Source: Phoronis australis (lineage: Eukaryota > Animalia > Phoronida). From it: DNA of 64,000 nt. The translations under genes and the position numbers were made by a program. Where the stretch lies: positions 777,116 to 841,115 of the forward strand of contig NMRA01000092.1 of NCBI GenBank assembly GCA_002633005.1, written 5' to 3'. Every line of letters starts with the position of its first letter. Position 1 is the first letter of the stretch. The notes under the pieces were generated by a model. That model was given only the letters and a program-made list of their open reading frames with translations. It did no database searches and was not told the DNA's origin. This document shows positions 13,315 to 27,310 of the stretch, piece after piece.

Positions 13315-16300
13315 TAAACGACATAATTGATCTTGAGTAATCTGTTGTTTGTATTTAATCTGTATTGTGTGCTGGAGTCTTGCTATCATTGAGTTGAAAC
13401 ACCGAATGATCTGAATGAATTCTGACTGTGTTTTTCATCTCTCCACGTTATATTAATAATTCTGGTGTTTGTAAAGCACCCACTCAATCTAAGCGCCTTT
13501 AGTATTAAAACAGCATGTATGTAAATTTACATTCGCCTGTGATTTGCAGCCGACATCCGATTAGGACCAAAAAACATAGTTGACTATGGTCTCTGTTCTT
13601 ATGAAAATCGAGTAGGTTGTGTTTTTTTGCTGAACACCATTTCAAAAAAGAATGTCCACGCAAGACGACTCATCGCTTGATAAATCGTAGCGTTTCAAAC
13701 CTTATCACCCTTGCTAAGGTGCCTTCATTGAGCTTTCCGAGCAACGCCGGAACTTGGCTGAGGAAGCCGTGCGTTTGTTCTGACTCTTTTCTTTGTCAGT
13801 GAGTGCAGGTTGCACTATAAGACGGGGTACAGACCAGAACCAACTATGTTTTTTCAGCTTTAGGTGCCTGGTTACTCTTTCCTCACAGAGGCCATTCTCA
13901 ATAAAGAAGGGACTCCCATTGAGAAAAAAAAACTACTCAGGAGCCTTGAGAACGTCTCCTCTCCAAGACCCAAAATCAAACTCGTGAGCTCACGGTCGTT
14001 TACCTTGTACCAAAGGGTTGATCATCGATTCTTCAGCACTACACGTGCAAAGCATTGATAAAACTGCCTATTGGCGCTAGCGGTTGACTTTTACTACATT
14101 GGCAAACTGACTTAAACGCTAGCGTTTTCGCTAGCGCGTTCGCTTGTAGTAAAAATGCCACGCAGTCATGTGAACGGTTTGCAGGCGGTTTGAGTTACCC
14201 CCAAACTGCTGGCGATTTTTCCAGCACTTTTAAAGCCAGATTGATTACTTCGAAAAGCACACAAGCGCATTAATCAATTCATGCCCGAGAGTGAGTTTTT
14301 TACACCAATCTTACCCTAAAAGCATCTAAAAATATTGTATGGCAGATTCGCTATCTAAAATATGCGACACTGGACGGAAGGTTTGTCCATTTTAATAAGT
14401 TCCTAACAAATCAAATAGAGAGTTATTCAGAAGATTAGTTTATATAGCACTTAATGATTTTTATGTTAAAGGGTCGTAAGTGATTGATGTTAAGCTAAAC
14501 GATTGCCAACTTTGCATGGATCAGACGTAGGCTACGACCTCAATCCCATTTGAAATGGACACGGTGTCCACCATTAGTTTTGTAAATATCGGTTTAAAAA
14601 CATTCAAAACATATTCAAGCATATGAAGAAGTGATTTTAACTCGACTGTAGTAGAGGGACGCAGAAGAAGAACGATTAAAGAAGGCGTTACAGCGAATAA
14701 TTACAAATGCTGGATAGCTTCCCAATCCTGAAGAACTATGCTATAATACACAGGCAATGGGAAACTAACACCAGAGACGTTTTCATTAAAATCGCATAGC
14801 GACAAACAGGAAGACTATTGCTTACAAACACGAAACAGCAAAAAAAAATTTTTTTTTGAAGTTATCAATCACATTATGAGAAATTAGCGTGTTTTTGTCT
14901 TTTAACTAAATACGGATTGCTTTGACCGTCTAACTAAATAAACTTTCTATGAATTCTGCTGTCAACATCGATGATGTAGAAATCAACGATGGCAGCATGC
15001 TAAAATATCATGAGATGCTGACGTCGCTATCGTTAATTAACAATACACAGCGCATGCTTATCTTCTTTGAAAAGGATTTTTTCACAAAAAGCAGCACAAA
15101 AATCTGCGAAATCTATTTGACAAGAATTTTATTTACCGTCACAAATTAGGACTTAATAGTTCTGAGATACTGTTTAAATTTTTCTTCCACCTAGCCCATT
15201 TAGTGAGCGCATCAAACAAAACAAGTAATATAATAGCGTAACAGGTGTGCTTGGACAAGACTTGTTGGATATCTCAATTAGATACTTGATTGAAATCTAC
15301 ACGTAAGCAACCCCATTTTGTTAAAATTTGATCACGAATTTTATCAACTGTCTGTAGACAACCGCTGGCGACAAGAACAATGGTTGTTTTAAATGATAAG
15401 ACACGAATTGCGGAATTCACTACTTAAACGAGAAAGCGATCTACCTCAAATATTGACCTATAGGCTTAATATATAGACACTTGGTAGTCACTTGAAAATT
15501 CGATAACTCTTCAACCAACAGAGCACAGTTCCTTAACAAACACCAGTTTGACACCAAGCTGCAATAGTCAGACACCAGATTATCGGCAGTGACCAATCTG
15601 CACGGTAACCCCTGGCCCTTAGCAGAGCTACAGTGGTTCGAGTAAAACTCAAATATTGAAAATCGTACGTCATATATTGATTTTTCACTCAATAGTAACA
15701 GGCATGACACAAGCCAATAAGAAATTCATTATATCAGAAACACGAAATGGGTATTCTAAGGTATTAGAAATAAGTGGATATTATGACAGAGGCTGATTTT
15801 GGGGCGAAGGTGAGCAAACCTTCCTTTCAGGCTCGCCTTCGAAAAGTATTGTTAGACCCCCTTGTGACATTCTAGGTTCACAGGTGCTATGACGTATGTT
15901 TTGCTATGACCTCCCTCTACCGGAATGAAAAACAGCTCTTACACCACTTAGTCTCATAAAGGTGGCCTCAAATATTCCGTACTCAGATTAGAAGTGATTT
16001 CTGGACTTGAGAAGACGACACCTGGAGGATTAATTTGGCTTGATTCTGCGGTAAAGGGCCTACATTTTTTGCAGCAACTCTAATCCACAACTCGCTCATT
16101 TCTGACAGCAAGAAAATACCTTTTCCTCGTGCCATTTTTACATTTCCAAAACAAGATTGCGGTCTTATCCTCTATCAGCATTGTAGGATATTAATTCAAC
16201 ATACCTAATTTTCTCTCTCAATTAAATCAGTTCTCACCAAGGACCAGAAATATCTTCCGAACCGAGCACGCAAAGGATTGAGAATAGTTTTATGTCGGTA

Positions 16301-19300
16301 CCTTATGCAATTCAAATGTAAGTGTTTTTGTTATCGAAACTCCAACAACACGGTGATTGGGGTTTTATTGAATGTATGCGATGAGTTCCGTCTGGGTGCT
16401 CACCGCCAATGACTGATCACCAGTGTCAAGTGGGATTAGGGCACGGGTCGAGAGGGGATATTTAGATAAGAAGGAATCAAATAATGTAATAATGACACAT
16501 TTGTAGTTGACTGTGTACCAAAGGTCTACGATTCAGTCAAATATTTCACTGGAAAACATTAAAAGTTGCAATGCGAAAAAACGATGGAATGCAAATTGAC
16601 AATTCTGTTCATCACTTTTTGATCAATTCACAGTACATATTGTTACACTGCCTCGGTTTCGTGCCACGCTTTTCCGGGATTTATCCGACTAGATTATACG
16701 AAAACGGCAACATTTTGCAAGACGCGTCAGCCAGAACTACGTCATACCAATACACATTTTGTTATGTTGGGAGACATTGTATGATAGAGCCGGGGATGTT
16801 TTGCCCCCCTGACTTTTAATTTTGCCACAGGGACATTGGCGGATCTAAGGTGTCGCAAGAAGGCTCAAACCACATTTTTCGAAGAAAATATGTTTGCTTA
16901 AGCTGTATTCTTGTTAGGTCGTGTCTGTAGGGGAGGGGGCGGCCACATGGTACCCTTAATTCGCCTTTTAGGATACGGTTGGGTTAGTGTGAACGGAAGG
17001 GTAAAAAGGATATTGATCCCCATCAGGAGAGACATGACGTCAAATAAAGCCACTGGTTAGTGCTGTCACTTAGCAAAGCTTCTTGGAAATCGGGTTAATC
17101 AATGCATTGAAAAAAAAGAAATGATCACCGATAATATTAAGGCATTTTACGCCACTTAACCAAAGCTGAAAATTGAATTAAGCGCGGCATGGTGATGGCA
17201 GTTTTGTCTGCAAATAGTAATCGTCGTCTTCCTCAATTGTTTTCTTTTAGGAAACAACGGAACATTTTTTTTTTCAGAAATAAAACGTTGTTGATACATA
17301 CGGATGATTTTCCAACAAGGCTTATATCACTGAACGCGAAAATATCATCAACATTCAGCAAAACCCACGAGTTACAATAGGCAAAAATGCACGTGCTTAC
17401 CCGAAATTAGGTAACATTTTCAACAGGCATGAGTTAACATATGTTTGTTTCAGCTAAGGGCAAAAAACATTTGATTCTGGTCTTTTAGTCCAACTCATGT
17501 TGAGACCTGCGCTCACCAACTAAAAAAACGCCGACCTGCCAAAATTTCAGTCGATGTCTCGCATTTTTCTGAAAAGCTACACAGAGGCAAATTCAGCAAG
17601 GGAAAGCAAGGTTTATAGCCCTTTAACGAACTGTCGTTGAACAAAACTGCAGTGTTGCCACGCAGTGTACCGAAAAACAAGAAAAGGCGGCGAAATTGCC
17701 AAGTATTCCGACACTGAATGAGAAAGACGAAAAAGACGATCGACATTATCATCTTGAACGCAAAAACTGGAGAAGAGTAGTGACCATGTAGGGGTATCCA
17801 CAGACAAGAAATAGCGATACACCACGTAAAAATAAATATATGAACAACTTCAGGCATGTCAACAAATCGAACTGGAACACAATGTATTAACACACACGTC
17901 TCCATCTCAAATATCCACCTGCCTTTGACTTATACCTTCTGCCTATTGACGATAAGCTGGTATTTGTTTTTGAATAGACGCCTTTCGAATTTAAGATTGT
18001 TCACATTTTTGTCGTGAGCGTTCCTGGTTTGGTACACAAGAATTCGTAAACCGATTGCCTATCCGGCTTTTCGAATTCCATCAAGAAGCTCGGAAGTATT
18101 CTCCGCCAAAAATTACAAATTTACACTAAAGTCAGAAGTCAAGAGAACTGTCAAATTTACAAATAGTATACAACCCTTACCGTAAGTTAAATATACCCTT
18201 CGTCAATCAGCTTAGCATCTGCTTCTGTCCAAACGAGCTGACACCTGTATCATCCCACATTAATAAAACATGCAAAAGTTTTAACCAGTCAGGTATAAAA
18301 TTGCTGATTGAACGATAATGAGAAAATTTGATTATATTGCGCTGGCATCGTCAGCCTATCATTGTTGATTCCCGTCAGCATAGTTTCTGCGTAACCTAAA
18401 AACTCCTGTTCACCAATAGTATTATCTGATATGAGATGTTTAATAGCGGTGTATGGTTCTGAGGGCTACATACGAGCCCGTCATCTCTTGTATTGTGTGT
18501 AACGTGTAGACGTATGTACTGCTTAAGGCGCTAACATTAATTTTTGTTATGACAAGCACGGCCCGTGATCTTCATAAGATCGTTGACGATAAATAACAAT
18601 TGGACTACCGTATTTAAACGTTTGTAAAAGACACACATGGAGTTCGGGTTAAATTTGAAGTAGTTTATTTCACAATCTTGAGTTTCCGATAATTTTAAAG
18701 ACCAAGCTTCCATAATGTTAGGTGTTAATGAAGGTATTGAATTCTGCAGATCAGTAAAGAAATTCCAAGTAGTGTACTATTATTTCCACATATATCAAAG
18801 AATCGACAAATCGTGTCCAATTGCGATCATCTGAAAAAGCTGAAATAGTTATTCGTCAACAACCAATATTTCGAAGATTTGAGATTAAAACACAGAAAGT
18901 CCGTCCAACTGATGAAAAATGACACAGCATTTAATCAACAGCGACTACATGGTTCTTGCTTTTAGAGTTAGTGAGGGACGAGTAAAAAGCTTATCCGTTA
19001 GTTCTAATGGGTAAATGGCATGGACGTCTAACGGAAAAACAATTTGATTTATTAATGTTGTTGACAGGGCAAGAAATTTCAAGTTTGGCATGTAATATTT
19101 TGTACCTAAAGAAACTGCACTTTTGAAAAACATTTAATTCGCTGAGGAGACGTGAGATATCAAGGGAGAAAGATTTTGATAATTCGTTCCAATATTATTC
19201 AGTATGAACACAAAGCGTTTGATGATGACGATCCCACAATGCATACGGTGTATGGCCCCGAAATACTTTAAGTGTCTTTTAGAAACAGTCCAAATTGTAA

Positions 19301-19318
19301 ACTAAGAGTTTTTAAGAA

Positions 19319-19735
19319 TTAATACGAAAATAGGTTTTGTATGCGTATGAGTGTGTAAACCATCTGTCTGCGAGACTGATTTCTTCTGGTGTCCTGCCAG
19401 CAGTGCTTACTGTTGTGGCGTAATGAATGTGACCGGTATCTACCATGTTCCACACCCAGTTTCGTCATTGCTAACTGGAAGAGAGCATTAAACTGATGGC
19501 GAGTGAGAGATTTTCTTCCAAAATGACAAAGGAACTGGTGGGCAGTTAGTGGACTGATTTTGCTAAAGTTGAGCATGTTGTCCACAAGGCATATAAGTGG
19601 GTGGTGGGTTAAGCGATGTATAACGAATGTTGATGTTTTCCCACGTTGGTCGGTCTTGGATGAATCGATTTTAATAAAAACCTTGTCGCTGGCGATGGTG
19701 ACGTTGCCCGCTTGAAGACCTCCATAACGTGTCAA
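19319..19735 (-). mobile_element. Decayed tyrosine-recombinase fragment (DIRS/Ngaro-like retroelement or Crypton)
   Basis: IKIDSSKTDQRG and YRSHSLR motifs typical of eukaryotic YR catalytic domains; frame is lost after HSLR. Confidence 0.75.
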
Positions 19736-21858
19736 AGGGAAAAGTTTTTGATAACGTTAAGGCTTATTTTCGTTCCATTGTTATTTATGAACACAAAATG
19801 TCTCACGCAGATACGAAGGGAGGTAGGGACAATGTTTATATGTTAAAATATTCCTATTTTGATAGACCATCATAAAATGTGGAGCATTTTTAATATAATT
19901 TCTATAAATTGTTCTAGAGAACTGTGTTATTGAAATCAGCGCGTTCATATCGTACAAGCAAGAAGTATAAGTCTTCATACACGGAGTTTTAATTTAGGAC
20001 TTTCTATACGCTTTGCAGAAAGTCCCGAGTTCGAACCCCGATCAGACCAGAGATCTTTTCAGACATAACTATAGGTCACGTGATGTGACCAACATATGGC
20101 GTGTATGGAAATTTATAATTCTTACTTATGTTCTGGCTGACTATGCATGAAACGTAGTAACTGAAACTTTCAAATGAACCCGATGGAATATTTCTGAGAT
20201 ATGATGCTCCAAATTTGGACATTTTTCAAAGGTTCTACATACAACACTGTTCAAGGACTGAAACTGTGTTACACATCTGCGAGGTTGGCTGAAAACAAAC
20301 AGAAAGTTGGAAAAAAATCAGCAAACAAAATCAAGCAGACCATAGTCATAAAGGTGTTGTCAATGCTACTTGCAAACAGAAATGAAAATCAAGACTGGCA
20401 TAATAGAATGCGGTTCATCAACGTCTTTCACCGTTGTTGTTTTGCTGACTTCATGTAATAGGACCTTTTATATGTCACTTGTATGTTCATATTTACACTT
20501 AATGACATCAACTAATTAATCACCTTTTGTCATTTTACTCCAATGACGCAAGTTTATGAGTAGCACGAGCTTTGCAATAACAACTGCTCTGAGTCATATA
20601 CTACGGGAAACAATAAAACACGGTAGGGCCATAAACGTGTCGGGAGGCACTCATTTTTCTTTCTACAGTGTAGGTGAATTATATAAAAAATCTCATCAGT
20701 AAATGATTAACACACGCGTCAGACTACGACTAGTGCATTCTGGGTCAAAAGGTCAGACAAACCAACACGTATAGCGCAAACAAGATGGATCACAGAACAC
20801 CGATTTACGTTTTCACTTCCGTTTACATATGACGTCATTGACAGGTCTGCGTATTTAGCCAAATGTCTACTACAATACTCAATAAAATTATATTTTTCTG
20901 AAAATAGAAAGCCTTTAGAAATTGATTTATGCTTTTTACGAAAATATAATTAATTGGGACACATAACCACGTCTTGTTAGTAATACTTAGCAAAAATGAA
21001 AGGTTCACGGATAGAAAAACAATCGCATGCGCCATTTTCGAAGTCGGGGGGGGGGGCTTCGGGGTTTCAATCGAGCCCCCACCCCCCGAGGAAAAGGTCT
21101 GTTAAAGATAGGATATAGATGGACAACAACAACAAAATTGTTGCACCTACTGGTACTACTAAATACAAAGATAACTAAGTCAGAAATAATTTTGAATTTG
21201 CTCCTGATTCAAAGCGCTTCAGGTGCCAACGGGCCGTACCCGCGCCTGATGGCAACACCAAAGGATAACAAGGGAGTATAGAAGTAAATGTCTATACTTA
21301 GGCATAGAAATCTAGCCCTATAACCTAAGTAAACAAAACAGTAACGTGAGAGCTCCCAAAAAGTAGTGCGGTGTGAATACCCTTAAATCGACCAAGAAAC
21401 AAAACAGCTGAAAATTGAGATTTCTTATATTTCTATTTCGGCTTAATTGCTAGCAGGCATTTTCAAATTTTGAATTGAAAATGATCGTCAAATATCTAAA
21501 TATGTTGTTCATCTACAGTGTCCACTTTGATTTTGGATTGTTGGATTGACGTGCATGCGTGCACACGTGTGTGCGTTTCCTTTCTGTAAATTCAGCACAC
21601 CTTGAGGGCAAGTTCACTCTGGACAGTCCTCCGTCGTGGTCAAAACCAGACATTTTACTACCGTGTTTACTTGCACTGAGAAAACTCCTTCGAGCATTTT
21701 CACTTTATTAGGGAAATGTAGGCCTAGACCTCAATGAAGAAAGTTTTCTCTAGTCAATCAGTGTCAATGATGCACAGGCCCCCAGACTTCATACGAGCAA
21801 CAAAGTTGGTGGAAAAGATTTCCAAGGTTACATGTCACTATGGCAAAGAGTAACTCCT

Positions 21859-22826
21859 AAGGTCCACTACTCCGAAAGTCCACTCCTCTGAAGGTCCACT
21901 ACTCCGAAAGTTCGCTACCATCGAAATTTCACTACTTCGAATTTCCACAATTCCGAAACCAGGCCCGGGATCTTTTTGCTGGAAATGGAACTCGAAATTA
22001 TGTTTGTCAACTTCTGTTCTTCTTTTGTGAGATCTCAGTAAAATATTTATTGTTCTATATCTGTGGCTTACACGGATAACCTTTTAATCCCAGTTTACAC
22101 TTCCTGACACCAGCATTAAGGCTAAAACTTTGAGTCTAAACTCGAAATCTCGAGTTTTACTCGACTAGCAAGGAGTGTACACATACTACACTCCTTGCTC
22201 GTAGCACGAATGTAGGGGTCATTAGGTGCAAACCTGGACTAGAAAATCACGTGCACAAACAATAATGAACTCGATCACAGGCTAATAGACACTTATACTG
22301 AGTTAGCACAAAAGTAGAACAAAAATGACAAAAATAAGTTCGAGTTCTATTTCCAGTAAAAGATTAGACCCCGGGACAGAACTTCCGATAGTTCATTTCT
22401 CTGATAGTCTGCTCTCGACTCATTCTGAAACGGAGACAACACCTAGGGCACGAGAGTCAAGGCTGCGGCGACCAACGGCGGTTTTAAATTTAAGAAGACT
22501 GAATCGGACTCCCTGACTTCGCAAAGACTGACTGTGGCTGGGTGGCCTAGTAACTACAGTACATAAAGTTTCGACCCGCGTGGTTCCTTGGATGAGGTTG
22601 AGGTGCAGCGGCCAGTTGTTTTCGGTATGGGTACACCACTCAGTGCATCTAATAACCGAAGTATCGTTTATTTTTACATGTAAAAGTATAAAAATTACAC
22701 TTGAGTCTAAAAGTTTAGATATCTTTGGAGCAGTGAACCTTCGGAGTAGTGAATATTTGATATAGTGAACGTTCGGAACAGTGAACCTTCGGAGTAGTAA
22801 ACTTTCGAAATAATGGGCTGTTCCCA
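21859..22826. mobile_element. Non-autonomous DNA transposon with inverted arrays of ~16-17-bp subterminal repeats (AAGGT(T/C)CACTACTCCG)
   Basis: Direct array at 21859-21958 and reverse-complement array (cggagtagtgaacctt-like) at 22725-22810. Confidence 0.65.
21964..22375. mobile_element. MITE with ~85-bp imperfect TIRs nested in the previous element
   Basis: cccgggatct...ctggaaatggaactcgaa...ttttgtgagatctcagta versus tactgagttagcacaaaagtagaac...ttcgagttctatttccag...ccccggg; related copy at ~41880-42088. Confidence 0.7.
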
Positions 22827-23557
22827 TTTCCAGCGTTGTAAGCAGCTTAGTAACACACAAAAATACAAGCAGATAAACAATTTCGTCGTCATTCACCGAC
22901 TAGACTTCATATTTCCGTTCGATTACGTAATGCGGTGTAATCACTCATTTAAGCATGCCTGATTTAAAACTTTGGGCCAAATTACATCAGAAATTGAAAC
23001 CCGTTCTTTGCGAGGAACCGTCACAGCTGTGTCAAAGGCCTTACCGAAAACTGTACAGTGTCGACGTTTGCAAAATATCAAGGGTCCACAGTTCTGTAAA
23101 TTAGCACCACTCCCCACTCAATGCTGGCTACGGGCCTGAAATATCCGGTATTCTTGGACCATCCCGATTTGCAGTCAAGTGATCTTTACTCACCCTAACA
23201 GTCGAAAAGGCTTTGGTGACACATACACATCCCATGGAAGGTAGACATCAATGGGTAATTGTTATGTTACCCCGGGACTCTTTTATCGATGAACAAAAAT
23301 TGTTAACATTCTTTCAACCATTCATTCTGTATCAGACGACAACATCCGAGAAGATGCCGAATCATTAGTGCGTTAAAGTAACAACAGGAGTTCACTTTTT
23401 TATCACAATTCATTGTTATTTGACGAAGCTATTACTGACAAGGCGATCTTTAGTTAAGATGACAGAAATTACTTTTGGGACCACATTACTTGGCAAGACG
23501 CCATTAGTATTCCCGATATAGTATAAAAGATATATATTTTTTTTCAACTAGACTAAG

Positions 23558-23788
23558 CATGCATGCACACGTGGGGGGGCTCGGGGGGCTCGAATGAGCC
23601 CATGTGGTGAAAATGGGCAAAATGGCCCACCTCAGAGAAAAAACTCCGAAAAGGTAGACAACAAGAAAAAGTCCATTGAAAGGCAGGAACTACCAAAAAA
23701 TTCGGCGAATGCACCCCGTAAATCTTAGTAAAAGGTCCATACTCTCAAGAATTCGAGCTCCCCATTTTGTAGGCTGGGTGCGCGCATG
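23558..23788 (-). mobile_element. MITE family with CATGCGCGCACCCAG termini, copy 1
   Basis: Reverse-orientation homolog of 33227-33470 and 53212-53458. Confidence 0.65.
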
Positions 23789-26700
23789 CTAAGAATAGTG
23801 GACTTTTCGTGTTGGCCCTCCATAGAGTAACGAGAGCGCGACTTTCACTTGATGTCAGTGCAGATTCGATGGAGAGAAATTCATAGTGATTCATTAACTT
23901 AAAAACAGAGGAATAAATCTCACCGTCAGACCCTCCCATTGTTTGATTAACTTGACTTCACTAACATATTTTAGATCGAAACTCTCCCGCTTTATCAGTC
24001 ACAGCACTGACGTCGCAAAACGCGGTTTCTTCTTGGCAATGGTAAATGTATGAAGCATGATGTCCTTCATCCAGGGAATAAAAAAGTTACAAATTTGCAA
24101 TTGTTATAAAATAGGGGAGGACCTGGATGGCACAGGGAAATGTGAATTCTTTGACGACATGGAGGAATGAAAGCTTACGTAGACCAGAATAAAGAATCGA
24201 AACTAGAGGCGATTTTGAGGGCGGCAAGATTTTGACGAAGACGAATGTCTTTGTGTTTTCATTAGTTGTTATATTCCTCTACGCTTTTTAAGTGCTTTAG
24301 TACAAACTGTCGTCATGTTGTTTGTATAGAATGAATCATAATCATGTTCTAATTATGGTTGCATTTAAAGTTTTGGTATGCAATCCATAAATGTAGTTGT
24401 TGAGCTACAACTGGAAACAATGCCTTTTCATCTTTGAGTCCGGAGTAAGGGAAATGTTTTACCTGTATTTGCCCAGCAAATATTAAAGGAAATATAAAAT
24501 ACCATGACAATAAATAGACAGCTATAAATAGCTGCAATGTGTACACACCTTTAATGTCTGTTTGTCAGCACCGAGAAGTGGGCAGTTGTTTGCTTTACTT
24601 GTTTTTAACAATGACCATAAATTTGCATTATTGGACTTATTGGAATCGTTGGTAGTTGAACGTAACTAATATACCTGGGTCAATTAAAATCAAATCAAAT
24701 TGTCGCTGCTGCACGAATTTCCGTAAAGGAACAACTTGTATAGTGAATCACATTAGCAGAACGAGGCAGAACAGCATGAAATGAGTCCAAGTTTCAGTTA
24801 TCACAAATTTGACAGCCTCCGTCACCACCTCATTTTACTTTTTATGGTCCAGTACGTCACGGTGGGCGGAGATGAAATTCAAACCAAGGAAATCCCGTAG
24901 ATCTCCAGGAATGAGAAGATTACAGATCAATTTATGCTCAAGATTCAACGTGTAGAGATTCCCTCAATGGACTTGCAAATTTATTTATTTTAGTGTCAAG
25001 GATCACTAATAGGGTGGATTGTTCCAGTCGCCATTTTTCCACGTACTTGCTATTGTCGTAAGTCACGGTTCATACCATTAAGCTCCCGGTTAAGGTTTTT
25101 GTAGCTCCCCAAAATGACAAAAAATGGGATGGTCCTGGATTGATGGCAATTTTGTGGAGTATGGTTGCCACGAATGGTATTCAGTTGTTCTTTGAAATTG
25201 TTTTGAGTAAAAAAGTCCAGAAATTTGGACTCTGTTCTGTTCTATTCGAATCTGGAAAACCCGCCAATTTCAAAGCACTTCCTTGATCAATGCATTTTTT
25301 TTTTGCTACGAATACAAGTACCTTTCATACGCATGGGAATTTCACAGAATCTGATTGGTAAAGACATATTTTAACGTATGGAATCTACGGTGCAAAAGCA
25401 TTTCGATTCTTGTCTCAGCTATGGGACCGAGGCAGTCGTAAATTAGTTAAATTTCTTCATCTTTGAGAAAATCATCGAATGTGCTTTCTGTGAGCTATGT
25501 GTTTTTCAAATGTCAAGGGGTTTTGTTGAACCACTAACATGTGATTACGTCCAGATCAGCCACTCGACCTGTCGTCTTTGTCCTGTAGGTTGGGTTTGTT
25601 TTTCATTAGTGGTCTGTATACTATCAAGTGGTAGTGAATGATATTTGTAGAAAAACTTATTTGTTTAATGAACAACGACTTTCTGAAGTTCTGTGTTTTA
25701 CGCTACATTTTGTTTTCTTAAAGTTTTTAAAATCACCAGTTTCATACAAAAAACACAAAAACACCACTCGACCAGTCAAATTAGAACATCCCAAAACACC
25801 ATCTGACGTTATGATAATTAGCTGATCTCGAAGTACGAGCATTCATTGGTTAAAATATTCTACATAAAATCGGGACAACTAATCACAGCACTAGTCATCC
25901 TCCATTGTGTTTAATGTGAAGTCGTCCAATAGCGGAGTTGAAATCGAATCGATTTAATGATTGCGCATGTCCGGTAATTAGTGTGCGCAAAGCCTACTGG
26001 GATTGAGAGATGTATTAGGAATGGCCGATTGGTGTGCACGACGTACAGTCTGTGTGCATTAAACTACACTGCTGTCTGTAATTTTGCTGCTATTCGCCCT
26101 AATATGCGCCCATGCACCTATAAGTGCTCCCACGCGTTTTACGACTTCGCTAAAGTAAGCGCCCAGCCCATGAACTACACATGTTTGCGAAAAATGCCTT
26201 TTAGTTACCTACAGTTCTAAAATTCTACAGTAACGTCTCTAATTTACCAAAAAGATCCGACAGTCCTGAATTTGTAGACCACGAGCCTCGTCTCTATGTT
26301 TGTATTTAGCCGCGATTAAAAAAGAAGGCAAACATTTTGGTGCTCTTGCGAGGAATGTGTTCCTCTATGGTCTGGACTTTCAAAACAGACGCAGCGTAGT
26401 TGTCGGAAGGATTGTATTGTATCTTTCCCTTACACATCTTCTCCCTTACCGTGGTATAATAAGGAATGTCAAGGCGTTTAATTGCGTTTCTGGTGGTTGG
26501 TACAATTTAGTTTTTGACCACGCCCTAGCTCTTTTTGCTTTCCAGGGGGACATCGGAGAAGTGCGGATATGGCACGAGTTTGTACAAGAAATTCGCGCGC
26601 TAATGGACAGGACACATTGGCGCTGGGTACGTTCATACGTCACACTCATGATCGTGTAACTAAGTAACTTTCAATTGAAGTCGCTTCTCTTCTATAGACC

Positions 26701-26799
26701 TAATTCCCTCCGACAGGAGGCGCGTTCCAAAACGAGGCTCACTACGATAACTCTGTTGGCTTATCGGCATAGTTGTATTCCGCGTTGTTCGAACGGCTA

Positions 26800-26900
26800 G
26801 AAAAATATGGACATTCAACTGTCTGTTTTACAATTCCTAAGGACGTTGAGATTCGGAAGCGTTGGGTCGTTGCCATACGCCGCAACACTGGAAAATATGT
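26800..26900 (+). mobile_element. THAP-domain remnant (FTIPKDVEIRKRWVVAIRR), transposon-derived
   Basis: F-x-x-P-K-D...RKRW-x-x-A-I-R-R is the central THAP motif; no intact C2CH set is visible. Confidence 0.6.
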
Positions 26901-27154
26901 ACGTGTAAAATTTATAAATGTTTGCGAAAAGTTAGATCATATTTTGTCGCATCTCGGCTCAGTGCCCGGCGCCGGCCGGGAGCATCGTACCAATGACCGG
27001 AGAATCTTAGGCCAGCCAGGCTGCGTTTTCATGACTACGAGTTGAAACATGATGCATTTTTCTTTCGAAAAAAGACAGGGCCGTCACTCCCTCGAATTTG
27101 GGGCCGAATATCGGCCCTATTCCCCGGTCAAAAATATTGAAAATCACGCGAAAT

Positions 27155-27310
27155 CAGTGCTGTAGTGGGACGTAGGCGCACGTAGGCGCAGCCAACCACC
27201 TTTTGGCATTTGAACGTAGCACCTACGCACCGTAAGTTACGTTCAGTGCTCAAGGCAATACGGTGAGCTTTGGGCGCCTACTTACCTCTAATTTTACCAT
27301 TACAGCACTG
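27155..27310 (+). mobile_element. hAT-type MITE, copy 2
   Basis: TIRs CAGTGCTGTA / TACAGCACTG; perfect 8-bp TSD cgcgaaat on both sides. Confidence 0.92.

Noticed and set aside
17500-17905. A-rich stretch resembling LINE ORF2 debris, with a hydrophobic antisense ORF
   Set aside because: No diagnostic RT or endonuclease motif recognised
21859-22896. CRISPR-like short repeats and the 158-aa ORF with repeated SLLRRFT
   Set aside because: No unique spacers, no cas genes, eukaryotic context; explained by transposon subterminal repeats
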